From Lachnospiraceae bacterium (GTDB lineage: Bacteria > Bacillota > Clostridia > Lachnospirales > Anaerotignaceae): a DNA stretch of 64,000 nucleotides. The stretch spans positions 204,085-268,084 of the forward strand of contig JAXGXT010000003.1 in NCBI GenBank assembly GCA_040772665.1, in the 5' to 3' direction. The translations under genes were made by a program, and so were the position numbers. The notes under the pieces are model-generated. The model was not told where the DNA came from. It made no database searches and saw only the letters and a program-made list of their open reading frames with translations. Positions 1 to 8,806 of the stretch are shown in pieces (the stretch's first letter is position 1; every line of letters begins with the position of its first letter).

Positions 1-1
1 T

Positions 2-1300
2 GCAGAGGTCCTTGAAACTGCTCATCTTATTAACACGGTTGTGTTAGACAAAACAGGCACAATCACAGAAGGTGCACCAAGGGTTACTGACGTGGTTTGT
101 GCTGATGGTATAGACGAAAGAGAATTTATTGGATTTGCGGCTTCTGCAGAAAAATATTCCGAGCATCCTCTTGCCGAGGCTGTATTAAAATATGCCAAGG
201 AGCAAGGCATCGCTTTAAAAGAAGTTAAAGATTTTAAAGCAATAAGCGGACGGGGAATTGAGTGTTTTGTTGAGGGCAAAAAAATAAATGCCGGTAACTT
301 AAAGGCTATGATTGAGGGTGGAATTGACGCCCATGATTTTGAAGAAACTGCCCAGAATCTTGCAAAAAAAGGAAGAACACCTTTGTTTTTTGCCAAGGAC
401 GGAAAAGTTATGGGTATTATTGCGGCGGCGGATGTTGTTAAGAAAAACAGCAAAACTGCCATTGAAGAGCTTGAAAAGGCAGGCATAGAAGTTGTTATGC
501 TTACAGGGGATAATGCTGTTACGGCAGAGGCCATAAAAAATGAAATAGGCATAAACAGGGTTATTGCAGAGGTTATGCCCCAAGATAAGGAAGCTGAAAT
601 TAAAAGGCTTCAAAGTGAGGGCAAAAGAGTTGCAATGATTGGTGACGGCATTAATGATGCACCTGCTCTTGCAAGGGCTGACGTAGGAATTGCCATTGGT
701 GCAGGAACTGACGTGGCAATTGAAAGTGCCGACATTGTTCTTATGAAAAGTGACCTTTTAAGTGCTGTGGAGGCAATTGAATTAAGCCGTGCAACAATCG
801 ACAATATAAAGCAAAATCTTTTCTGGGCATTTTTTTACAACACAATAGGTATTCCTATTGCGGCAGGAGTTTTATATCCATTTTTTGAAATAAAGCTGAA
901 CCCTATGTTTGCGGCGGCAGCAATGAGTTTAAGCTCTGTGTTTGTTGTTACAAATGCTTTAAGGCTTAGATTTTTTAAGCCAACATTTGATATAAGCTTG
1001 TATAATAAAGATGTTAAAGAAGAAATTGTTGAGAAAGAAGAAATTGTTGAAAAAGAAGAAAACATTAAAAAGAAAGAGGATGAGGATTTTATGAAAAAAA
1101 CAGTAGTTATTGAGGGAATGACTTGCTCACACTGCACAGGAAGAGTTGAAAAGGCTCTTAAAGGCCTTGAAGGAGTTAAAGAGGTAACGGTTAGTCTTGA
1201 TGAAAAAAGCGCATTTGTTACAGCTGATGAAAATGTTACAGATGAGGTTTTAACAAAGACTGTTACAGATGCAGGGTATGATGTGGTTGAAGTAAAATAA
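2..1300 (+). CDS. copA: Copper/heavy-metal translocating P-type ATPase (CopA-like), 5' end cut by the window edge, with a C-terminal HMA metal-binding domain
   Basis: Frame 2 is open from nt 2. DKTGT phosphorylation motif at nt 47-61, GDGINDAP hinge motif, terminal TM helices, then a K/E-rich linker and a GMTCSHC HMA motif. Confidence 0.93.
   Translation, partial: AEVLETAHLINTVVLDKTGTITEGAPRVTDVVCADGIDEREFIGFAASAEKYSEHPLAEAVLKYAKEQGIALKEVKDFKAISGRGIECFVEGKKINAGNLKAMIEGGIDAHDFEETAQNLAKKGRTPLFFAKDGKVMGIIAAADVVKKNSKTAIEELEKAGIEVVMLTGDNAVTAEAIKNEIGINRVIAEVMPQDKEAEIKRLQSEGKRVAMIGDGINDAPALARADVGIAIGAGTDVAIESADIVLMKSDLLSAVEAIELSRATIDNIKQNLFWAFFYNTIGIPIAAGVLYPFFEIKLNPMFAAAAMSLSSVFVVTNALRLRFFKPTFDISLYNKDVKEEIVEKEEIVEKEENIKKKEDEDFMKKTVVIEGMTCSHCTGRVEKALKGLEGVKEVTVSLDEKSAFVTADENVTDEVLTKTVTDAGYDVVEVK
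1019..1060 (+). repeat. In-frame 18-bp tandem repeat (gaagaaattgttga[ga]aaa x2 plus a partial copy) encoding KEEIVE-KEEIVE-KEE in the CopA linker
   Basis: Direct reading of nt 1019-1036 against 1037-1054 shows 17/18 identity. Confidence 0.8.
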
Positions 1301-1306
1301 ATTGCT

Positions 1307-1340
1307 TTAGGGTCGGCATAAAATGTTTTGCCGACCCTAA
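1307..1340. promoter_or_regulatory. Perfect 12-bp GC-rich inverted repeat (ttagggtcggca N10 tgccgaccctaa) between copA and csoR. Could be a hairpin or an operator. No U-tract on either strand.
   Basis: The arms at 1307-1318 and 1329-1340 are exact reverse complements. Confidence 0.6.
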
Positions 1341-1364
1341 AATCAGCTAAAGGAGGAATTTTAA

Positions 1365-1628
1365 ATGAAGGCTGACAAAGCTGATGTAACTCGTCTTTTA
1401 AAAACTGCCAAGGGGCAGATAAACGGAATTTTAAAAATGATTGAAGAAGACAGATATTGTATTGATATTTCAAATCAAATTCAGGCGGCAAATGCAGTTT
1501 TGCGTAAAGCCAACAAAGAGATTTTACGTGCTCATTTAAGAGGCTGTGTGAAAGAATCCTTTGAAACGGGAGAGGAAGAAATAAAAATTGATGAACTAAT
1601 TGAAATTATTGATAAGGTTATAAGCTGA
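1365..1628 (+). CDS. csoR: CsoR/RcnR-family metal-sensing transcriptional repressor
   Basis: 87 aa. Resembles the DUF156 signature (GQINGILKMIEEDRYCIDI ... LRAHLRGCV) with the C...H...C ligand pattern. AGGAGG RBS, and it lies next to copA. Confidence 0.88.
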   Translation: MKADKADVTRLLKTAKGQINGILKMIEEDRYCIDISNQIQAANAVLRKANKEILRAHLRGCVKESFETGEEEIKIDELIEIIDKVIS

Positions 1629-1641
1629 AGGGGGAGAAAAG

Positions 1642-2454
1642 GTGAAAGAAAGATACAGCCTTGAAGATTTTATTGAAATTATACGTGTTTTAAGGGGTGA
1701 ACAAGGATGTCCCTGGGATAAGGTGCAAACCCATGAAAGCTTAAGAGAATCTATGCTTGAAGAGGCATATGAGGCTGTGGATGCAATAGATAAAAATGAT
1801 ATGAAAAACCTTTGCGAAGAGCTTGGTGATGTTTTAATGCAGGTTATTTTTCATGCGGAGATAGAGCGTGAAAAAGGCGGTTTTACCATTGAGGATGTGT
1901 ATGACGGAATAAGCAAAAAAATGATTTCAAGGCACAGGCATATATTTGCCGATGATGAAGCAAAAACTTGTGACGAAGTTTTGAAAAATTGGGAACAAAT
2001 TAAAAGAGAAGAAAAAGAACTAAAAACCCATACTCAAGTTCTTGAAAATGTTGCAAAGGCTCTTCCTGCTTTAACAAGGGCTTATAAAATACAAAAAAAG
2101 GCGGCAGATGCAGGGTTTGACTTTGCAAATGTGAAAGAAACAATTTTAAAACTTAAAGAAGAAATAGCAGAGCTTGAAGATGTTTTAGAAAATTGCACCG
2201 CAGAAAAAGAAAGAATTCAAGAGGAATATGGAGATATACTTTTTTCTGCTGTAAATATTTCCAGGTTTTTAAACATAAATCCAGAGTATGCCTTGACAAA
2301 TTCATCAGAAAAGTTTATAAATAGATTTAGATATGTTGAGGAAACTGCTCTTTTGAGGGGTAAGACGCCGGTTGAATTGACATCTGAACAGATGGATGAA
2401 TTATGGGAGCTGTCTAAAAACATTACTAATTTTTTTAAGGAGGAAAAACAATGA
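1642..2454 (+). CDS. mazG: MazG-family nucleoside triphosphate pyrophosphohydrolase
   Basis: GTG start after a GGGGGAG RBS. N-terminal [13 protein letters not shown] and EEAYE motifs and a two-domain MazG layout. Confidence 0.9.
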   Translation: MKERYSLEDFIEIIRVLRGEQGCPWDKVQTHESLRESMLEEAYEAVDAIDKNDMKNLCEELGDVLMQVIFHAEIEREKGGFTIEDVYDGISKKMISRHRHIFADDEAKTCDEVLKNWEQIKREEKELKTHTQVLENVAKALPALTRAYKIQKKAADAGFDFANVKETILKLKEEIAELEDVLENCTAEKERIQEEYGDILFSAVNISRFLNINPEYALTNSSEKFINRFRYVEETALLRGKTPVELTSEQMDELWELSKNITNFFKEEKQ

Positions 2455-2726
2455 ATAAAGCAGAATTAATCGCAGCTATGGTGGAAAAATCAGAACTTAG
2501 CAAAAAAGACACCGAAAAAACTTTAAAGGCTTTTGAAGAAGTTGTTACAGAAGAACTTAAAAGGGGCGGCAAAATTCAGTTGGTTGGGTTTGGTACATTT
2601 GAGGTTTCCGAAAGAGCGGCAAGAGTAGGAAGAAATCCACAGACAGGTAAGGATATGGAAATTGCTGCTTCAAAAGCACCTAAATTTAAAGCAGGAAAAG
2701 CTTTAAAGGACGCTGTAAACGAATAA
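2451..2726 (+). CDS. hup: HU-family nucleoid DNA-binding protein
   Basis: 91 aa. MNKAELI...GFGTFEV..R.AR.GRNPQTG signature. ATGA overlap with mazG and an AAGGAGG RBS. Confidence 0.95.
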   Translation: MNKAELIAAMVEKSELSKKDTEKTLKAFEEVVTEELKRGGKIQLVGFGTFEVSERAARVGRNPQTGKDMEIAASKAPKFKAGKALKDAVNE

Positions 2727-2880
2727 TTCTTATTTATTATAAAGTTTTCAAAAGCGTATTGTGAAAAAAGGTCTGTTTAGGTCTTGTTATCAAAAGTTAT
2801 TATTTATAAAAAAAGATAAGTAAGTATTGATGCTATTGAAGCTTTATACTAAGTTTTTGCAAAGCTGATTATAAATTTTA

Positions 2881-2911
2881 GCCTGTACATTTTTTTGTGC
2901 AGGCTGTTTTT
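2881..2911 (+). terminator. Rho-independent terminator downstream of hup
   Basis: gcctgtac / gtgcaggc stem of 8 bp (one G.U pair) followed by a T-run. Confidence 0.7.
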
Positions 2912-2928
2912 GTTAAAAGGGGTGCATA

Positions 2929-3171
2929 GTGATGAGGTTAGACAAATATTTAAAAGTGTCAAGAATTATCAAAAGAAGAACAATTGCCAATGAAGCCTGT
3001 GACACAGGACGAGTAAGCGTTAACGGAAAGGTTGCCAAGGCTTCTGCCGAGGTTAAGGTTGGAGATGTTATTGAAATTCGTTTTGGGAGTAATATAACAA
3101 AGGTTGAGGTTTTAAATCTTAGTGAAAGCTCAAGAAAAGAAGACGCTGTTAACATGTATAAAAGTCTTTAA
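2929..3171 (+). CDS. S4-domain RNA-binding protein (YabO/Hsp15-like)
   Basis: 80 aa. The [19 protein letters not shown]...V.VNG pattern is typical of the S4 domain. The start is either GTG 2929 or ATG 2932. Confidence 0.8.
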   Translation: MMRLDKYLKVSRIIKRRTIANEACDTGRVSVNGKVAKASAEVKVGDVIEIRFGSNITKVEVLNLSESSRKEDAVNMYKSL

Positions 3172-3205
3172 AGAAGTGACTTTTTAAATTAGAGGGTATG
3201 TGTTT

Positions 3206-4030
3206 ATGAAATGTTTTATAAAAGCTTTTGTAATGTTTATGGCCGTGGTTTTGATTAATTCCATTTCATTTGTTTATGCTAATGAAAAGGGTTCAGCTTT
3301 TGCCGCAGAGAATTATGAATATAAATCATATTTTGCATTTGAGAGGGAGGGCATTGCCCTTGAACTGCCAAAAGAATATTTAACCCTTGCAAGGGGAATG
3401 ACCCAAAAGGAGCTGCACGGAGCAAGTGTATATGAAAGTCCGGAAGAAACGAATAAATACTTAGAGGAACATAACATGCTTCTTGAATCCTTAAGCAAAG
3501 ATGGGAACATTGGTTTAAGTGTATATGCATATGCAGATAAAGAAAGCATTGATATTTTTGATTTGTCTGAAATTAATGAAAAAGAAGTTTATGATTTTTT
3601 AAAAGGATATACAGATGAAAAGAAGAAAGACTTTGAAATTGATGAGGAAAAAATATCTGTAATTAACAAGGGAAGTTTAAGGTTTATAGAGGTTTTTGGA
3701 AAAGAAGATGAATATGGTTTTACAAGCCTTTACTACTGCACTGTTTATAACGGCATAAAGTTTGAGTTTATACTTACTCAATATGAAGAGGGTATAACAA
3801 AGGAAGGACTTAGCATATTAAATAACCTTTTGGAAAGTGTAAGGTTTACAAAAAAACTGACAAAAGAAGAAGCGGAGTTGTTGATTAAAAGAAATTTGAT
3901 TAAAGACGAGTTTTCTGTTTTCTTGAACAAAAGTTTATATCTTAAAGGCGGCATAATAATTGTTGTTATTTTTTCCTTTATTGCATATTTCAATAGATTT
4001 AAGTTTATGAAAAGCAAAACCAAAAAATAA
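3206..4030 (+). CDS. Hypothetical secreted or membrane-anchored protein (N-terminal signal-like helix, C-terminal TM helix and a basic tail)
   Basis: Long ORF with an AGAGGG RBS 9 nt before ATG 3206. I recognise no family. Confidence 0.6.
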   Translation: MKCFIKAFVMFMAVVLINSISFVYANEKGSAFAAENYEYKSYFAFEREGIALELPKEYLTLARGMTQKELHGASVYESPEETNKYLEEHNMLLESLSKDGNIGLSVYAYADKESIDIFDLSEINEKEVYDFLKGYTDEKKKDFEIDEEKISVINKGSLRFIEVFGKEDEYGFTSLYYCTVYNGIKFEFILTQYEEGITKEGLSILNNLLESVRFTKKLTKEEAELLIKRNLIKDEFSVFLNKSLYLKGGIIIVVIFSFIAYFNRFKFMKSKTKK

Positions 4031-4084
4031 AAGTTACTGTAAAGGCTGCTTTTATTTTTTTTTAGAAAAAAATGAAGAACATAG

Positions 4085-4112
4085 TTGATTAAGGGGAAAA
4101 TATTATTATAAT
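4085..4112 (+). promoter_or_regulatory. Sigma-A-type promoter candidate for carB (TTGATT-16-TATAAT)
   Basis: Hexamers at 4085-4090 and 4107-4112. Confidence 0.5.
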
Positions 4113-4146
4113 ATTAAAGAAGACAAATTAAATTCGGAGGAGTAAA

Positions 4147-7100
4147 ATGGCTAAAAGAGAAGACATTCACAAAATTCTTGTTATCGGTTCCGGCCCTATA
4201 GTAATAGGGCAGGCATGTGAGTTTGATTATTCGGGAACTCAAGCTTGTAAAGCACTTAGGGGACTTGGATATGAAATTGTTCTTGTTAACAGCAATCCTG
4301 CAACAATAATGACAGACACCGAAACGGCGAACATAACATATATTGAGCCGCTAAATGTGGAAAGGCTGTCACAGATTATAGAAAAAGAAAGACCTGATGC
4401 ACTTCTTCCAAACCTTGGAGGTCAGACAGGACTTAATCTTTGCAGTGAGCTTCATAAAGAGGGAATTCTTGACAAGTTTGATGTTAAGGTTTTAGGCGTT
4501 CAAGTGGATGCCATTGAAAGAGGCGAAGACAGGGTTGAGTTTAAACATGCCATGGACAAGCTTGGTATTGAAATGGCAAAAAGTGAAGTTGCCTATACAA
4601 TGGAAAAGGCGGAGGAAATTGCCGAAGAGCTTGGTTATCCTGTTGTTGTGCGTCCTGCATACACCATGGGAGGGGCTGGCGGCGGCCTTGTTTATAATAT
4701 TGAAGAGTTAAGAAATGTTGTTTCAAGAGGGCTTGCCGCAAGCCTTGTTGGGCAGGTGCTTATTGAAGAATCTATTTTAGGCTGGGAAGAGCTTGAACTT
4801 GAGGTTGTTCGTGACAGTAAAAACAATATGATTACTGTTTGTTTTATTGAAAACATAGACCCGTTGGGTGTGCATACTGGAGATTCATTTTGTTCTGCGC
4901 CTATGCTTACAATTTCTGAAAGTGTGCAAAAAAGACTTCAAAAACAGGCTTATGCCATTGTTGAAAGTATAGGAGTTATAGGAGGAACAAACGTGCAGTT
5001 TGCCCACGACCCTGTTTCAGACAGAATTGTTGTAATTGAAATTAACCCAAGAACTTCAAGGTCTTCAGCTTTAGCTTCAAAAGCAACAGGATTTCCCATT
5101 GCCCTTGTAAGTGCCATGCTTGCGGCAGGGCTTACATTAGAAGACATTCCCTGCGGCAAAAACGGAACACTTGATAAATATGTTCCTGGGGGAGATTACA
5201 TTGTTATTAAATTTGCCAGATGGGCATTTGAAAAGTTTAAAGGCGCCGAGGACAAGCTGGGAACACAAATGCGTGCTGTGGGCGAGGTTATGAGCATTGG
5301 AAAAACATATAAAGAGGCTTTTCAAAAGGCTGTAAGAAGTCTTGAAACAGGCAGATTTGGTCTTGGAGGGGCAAAGGATTTTTCTTCAAAAACAAAAGAA
5401 GAACTTTTGAATATGCTTAATGTGCCCACCAGTGAAAGGCAGTTTGTTATGTATGAAGCCATTAGAAAAGGTGCCACAAATGATGAGATTTATAACCTTA
5501 CAAAAATAAAGCATTATTTTCTTCAGCAGATGAGAGAGCTTGTTGAAGAAGAGGAGATTTTAAAATCTTATTCGGGAAAAGAAATTCCTGCTGATATTTT
5601 AAAAAGTGCAAAACTCAACGGTTTCAGCGATAAATATATAACTGAAATTTGCAAAATCACCCAAAGTGAAATAAGGAAACTGCGGAGCAAAAACAAAATT
5701 ATGCAGTCATGGGAAAAAATACACGTAAGCGGAACAGAGGACTCGGCATACTATTACTCCACATATCATAACGAAAAGGATTTAAGCATTGTCAGCAGCA
5801 ATCCTAAAAAAATTATGATTTTAGGAGGAGGGCCAAACAGAATAGGTCAGGGAATTGAGTTTGACTATTGCTGTGTTCATGCTTCAAAAGCCCTTAAAGA
5901 ATTAGGGTTTGAAACTGTTATTGTAAACTGTAACCCTGAAACTGTTTCAACAGACTATGACACAAGCGACAGGCTTTATTTTGAACCCCTTACACTTGAA
6001 GATGTTTTAAGCATTTATGAAAAGGAAAAGCCGGCAGGGGTTATAGCCCAATTTGGCGGACAAACACCTCTTAACCTTGCAAGAAGTCTTGAAAAGGCAG
6101 GAGTTAAAATTCTTGGAACTTCTCCTGAAACTATTGATATGGCGGAGGACAGGGATTTATTTAAAAAGATGATGGAAAAGCTTAATATTCCAATGCCTGA
6201 AAGCGGAATGGCAGTTGATGTTAAAGAGGCAATTGCTACTGCGGAAAAAATAGGTTATCCTTTAATGGTTCGTCCTTCATATGTGCTTGGCGGACGAGGG
6301 ATGGAAGTTGTTTACAGCGAAGATGAGCTTATTAAATATATGGAGGCGGCAATCGGCATAACACCTGAAAGACCCATCTTAATTGACCGTTTTTTAAATG
6401 ATGCTCTTGAGTGTGAAGCTGATGCAATTTCTGACGGAAAAAATGCTTTTGTGCCTGCTGTTATGGAGCATATTGAACTTGCCGGGGTGCATTCAGGCGA
6501 CAGCGCATGTGTTCTTCCTTCAAAGCATATTTCACAGGAGCATTTAAAAACAATAAAAGATTACACAAAAAAAATTGCTCAAGAAATGAATGTTTGCGGT
6601 CTTATGAACATGCAGTATGCCATTGCACAAGGCAAGGTGTATGTTCTTGAAGCAAACCCAAGAGCGTCAAGAACTGTGCCTCTTGTAAGCAAGGTTTGTA
6701 ACATAAATATGGTTAAGATTGCAACAGACATTATAACAATGCATTTAACAGACAGAAAATCTCCTGTTATGGAGCTTAGGGAAAAAGAAATTAAGCACTG
6801 CGGAGTCAAAGAGGCTGTTTTTCCTTTTAACATGTTTCAGGAAGTTGACCCTTTGTTAGGGCCTGAAATGAGATCTACAGGAGAAGTTTTAGGACTATCC
6901 GACACATTTGGAGGGGCATACTATAAAGCACAGGAAGCAACTCAAAGCACACTTCCTTTAAAGGGAACGGTGCTTATAAGTGTTAACAGAACTGACAGAA
7001 AGGATTTGACAGACCTTGCTAAAAGATACAGTGACGCAGGTTTTAATATACTTGCCACAGGGGCAACATATGATTTGATTGCATCAAAAGGCATTAAAGC

Positions 7101-7368
7101 CGAAAAGATTAAAAAGCTTTATGAGGGCAGACCTAACATACTTGATGCCATAGCCAATAAAGAAATAGATCTTATAATCAATACACCAAACAGCAAGCAA
7201 AGCCTGACAGATGACAGCTATATAAGAAAAGCTGCAATAAAGGGACGTATTCCTTATATGACAACAATAGCGGCGGCATTTGCAAGCATTGAGGGGATTA
7301 AGGAAGTTAAGGAAAGTGGTCTTGAAAACGTAAAAAGCTTACAGCAGTATCATAGCGAAATATACTAA
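4147..7368 (+). CDS. carB: Carbamoyl-phosphate synthase large subunit
   Basis: 1073 aa with duplicated ATP-grasp halves (GSGPIVIGQACEFDYSG and GGGPNRIGQGIEFDYC) and a C-terminal MGS-like domain. Confidence 0.97.
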   Translation: MAKREDIHKILVIGSGPIVIGQACEFDYSGTQACKALRGLGYEIVLVNSNPATIMTDTETANITYIEPLNVERLSQIIEKERPDALLPNLGGQTGLNLCSELHKEGILDKFDVKVLGVQVDAIERGEDRVEFKHAMDKLGIEMAKSEVAYTMEKAEEIAEELGYPVVVRPAYTMGGAGGGLVYNIEELRNVVSRGLAASLVGQVLIEESILGWEELELEVVRDSKNNMITVCFIENIDPLGVHTGDSFCSAPMLTISESVQKRLQKQAYAIVESIGVIGGTNVQFAHDPVSDRIVVIEINPRTSRSSALASKATGFPIALVSAMLAAGLTLEDIPCGKNGTLDKYVPGGDYIVIKFARWAFEKFKGAEDKLGTQMRAVGEVMSIGKTYKEAFQKAVRSLETGRFGLGGAKDFSSKTKEELLNMLNVPTSERQFVMYEAIRKGATNDEIYNLTKIKHYFLQQMRELVEEEEILKSYSGKEIPADILKSAKLNGFSDKYITEICKITQSEIRKLRSKNKIMQSWEKIHVSGTEDSAYYYSTYHNEKDLSIVSSNPKKIMILGGGPNRIGQGIEFDYCCVHASKALKELGFETVIVNCNPETVSTDYDTSDRLYFEPLTLEDVLSIYEKEKPAGVIAQFGGQTPLNLARSLEKAGVKILGTSPETIDMAEDRDLFKKMMEKLNIPMPESGMAVDVKEAIATAEKIGYPLMVRPSYVLGGRGMEVVYSEDELIKYMEAAIGITPERPILIDRFLNDALECEADAISDGKNAFVPAVMEHIELAGVHSGDSACVLPSKHISQEHLKTIKDYTKKIAQEMNVCGLMNMQYAIAQGKVYVLEANPRASRTVPLVSKVCNINMVKIATDIITMHLTDRKSPVMELREKEIKHCGVKEAVFPFNMFQEVDPLLGPEMRSTGEVLGLSDTFGGAYYKAQEATQSTLPLKGTVLISVNRTDRKDLTDLAKRYSDAGFNILATGATYDLIASKGIKAEKIKKLYEGRPNILDAIANKEIDLIINTPNSKQSLTDDSYIRKAAIKGRIPYMTTIAAAFASIEGIKEVKESGLENVKSLQQYHSEIY

Positions 7369-7443
7369 AAAATAATCAGAATAAGTATTTGCTGGGGTTT
7401 ATGCTGATTTATTTTAAGCATACTTGGTTTTTATACCACAAAA

Positions 7444-7532
7444 AAATACAAAAAATAAAATATGCGTTTTCCTTAAAGGTATCTGAAAAATTCAGATGTT
7501 TTTCAAGGGAAACGCATATTTTTTTGTATTTC
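7444..7532. terminator. Long imperfect compound hairpin between the convergent carB and arsR genes, probably a bidirectional terminator
   Basis: aaatacaaaaaa..tatgcgttttcc pairs with gggaaacgcata tttttttgtattt. There is an inner atctgaa/ttcagat hairpin, with A/T runs on both sides. Confidence 0.65.
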
Positions 7533-7580
7533 AGATATGGGCAAAGTTCATGTTTGTTTTAGTGTAAAGTTTTGATTTTT

Positions 7581-7868
7581 TTAAACACAATAGTTTTGTT
7601 TTAAAACTTCCATTACTTCTTTTATTCGTTGGTCTTTTATGGAGTAGGTAATTGTTTGGCCTTGTTTTTTTGAATCTATTATTTGGCTGGATTTTAAAAT
7701 GGAAAGATGCTGTGAAAGTGCAGGCTGTGTAATTTCCTCCATTTTTTCATGAAGTCCGCTTACATTCATTGGCTCTTCCAGCAAATAGCAAAGTATAAGC
7801 AGTCTGTTTTTATTTGAAAGTATTTTTAAAAGCTCTGATATATCCTTGGCTTTTTCTTCTATATTCAT
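7581..7868 (-). CDS. ArsR/SmtB-family transcriptional regulator
   Basis: 95 aa winged HTH: NRLLILCYLLE.PMNVSGL......QPALSQHLSILK. Confidence 0.88.
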   Translation of the reverse strand: MNIEEKAKDISELLKILSNKNRLLILCYLLEEPMNVSGLHEKMEEITQPALSQHLSILKSSQIIDSKKQGQTITYSIKDQRIKEVMEVLKQNYCV

Positions 7869-7874
7869 AAAATA

Positions 7875-8447
7875 TCATCCTTGTCTGTTTTTTATTTGGC
7901 ATATGCCTTGTGTCATTGTGCCCATTGGACAATACACACACCATGACCTTGGTTTATAAAGAAGCATTGTTATAATTCCAAGCACAGTTGATGTAAGCAT
8001 AACACTGTAAAAGCCGAAAGCAAATTGCCAAATCCATGGCCTAAGGCCGTTTGTGCTAACCCAGTTCCAAGGCAGTTTAAAAGTCCATAAAAGTGTTACA
8101 ACTTGTGACATGTCTTTTACACCGCTAAAAACCATGTATGTTGCAAATATCATTGAGGAAAACATAGTCATAAAAAATATAAGAAAGGAATATCTAAACC
8201 ACTTCTTTCTTAAAAACGGTGGTATATCCTTATTTCTTGAAAGTTTGAACTTTTCTCCCAGTAAGGCAAAAAGCTTTCCTCTTCCGCAGTAGTTGTTGCA
8301 GTATGATTTCCCCTTGCCTGATATTGCCATTACAAGAGGCACTATAAAGCAAATTAAACCAAGCCATGCGAAAATAATATTGAAGAACCCTAATATAAGA
8401 TAAGTTACAGAGGCTATCCATAAATAATTTTTCCAATTGTTTTTCAT
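7875..8447 (-). CDS. Polytopic membrane protein with Cys clusters (4Fe-4S-binding, Fer4_5-like)
   Basis: 190 aa with several TM helices, CNNYCGRG and CVYCPMG motifs, and translational coupling to the upstream ferredoxin gene. Confidence 0.55.
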   Translation of the reverse strand: MKNNWKNYLWIASVTYLILGFFNIIFAWLGLICFIVPLVMAISGKGKSYCNNYCGRGKLFALLGEKFKLSRNKDIPPFLRKKWFRYSFLIFFMTMFSSMIFATYMVFSGVKDMSQVVTLLWTFKLPWNWVSTNGLRPWIWQFAFGFYSVMLTSTVLGIITMLLYKPRSWCVYCPMGTMTQGICQIKNRQG

Positions 8448-8662
8448 ACTGAACCCTCCTTTACTTCTCTTATTTCAATAACAGAGGCGGGGCAGGCTTT
8501 AACACATTTTTTGCAGGCCACACATTTTTTTGTATCTATTTCTGCATAAAGTCCTTTTATTATTGATATGATTTTTAAAGGACATTTCTCAACACATGTT
8601 CCGCAGGCAACGCATTCCTTTTTATTTACATAAGCCGCCTTCCTTTTTTTTGATTGGTTCAT
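8444..8662 (-). CDS. 2x[4Fe-4S] ferredoxin
   Basis: 72 aa with two CxxCxxCxxxCP motifs (CVACGTCVEKCP and CVACKKCVKACP). Confidence 0.9.
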   Translation of the reverse strand: MNQSKKRKAAYVNKKECVACGTCVEKCPLKIISIIKGLYAEIDTKKCVACKKCVKACPASVIEIREVKEGSV

Positions 8663-8706
8663 AGATTAATCACCCTTACATTAGTATATAATAAAATTCT
8701 TATATT

Positions 8707-8735
8707 ATTATATGCAGTGAATATAAAATTGTCAA
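8707..8735 (-). promoter_or_regulatory. Consensus sigma-A promoter (TTGACA-17-TATAAT on the minus strand) for the ferredoxin / FeS-membrane / arsR operon, embedded in TTATATAAG-type repeats
   Basis: The reverse complement of 8730-8735 is TTGACA and of 8707-8712 is TATAAT, with a 17-nt spacer. Confidence 0.7.
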
Positions 8736-8806
8736 CGATTAAATATAAGAATTTACTTATATAACAAAATACTTATATAAAAACACGAAAAACAGATTGT
8801 AAGTAT

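Noticed and set aside
835-1491. Long antisense ORFs in the six-frame track, for example 22..552(-), 835..1491(-), 16052..16453(-), 33851..34363(-), 34469..35068(-), 51031..51537(-), 58629..59147(-) and 59203..59724(-).
   Set aside because: Each lies entirely opposite a confidently identified gene. They have low-complexity or odd composition and no RBS. They are typical shadow ORFs of AT-rich coding sequence.
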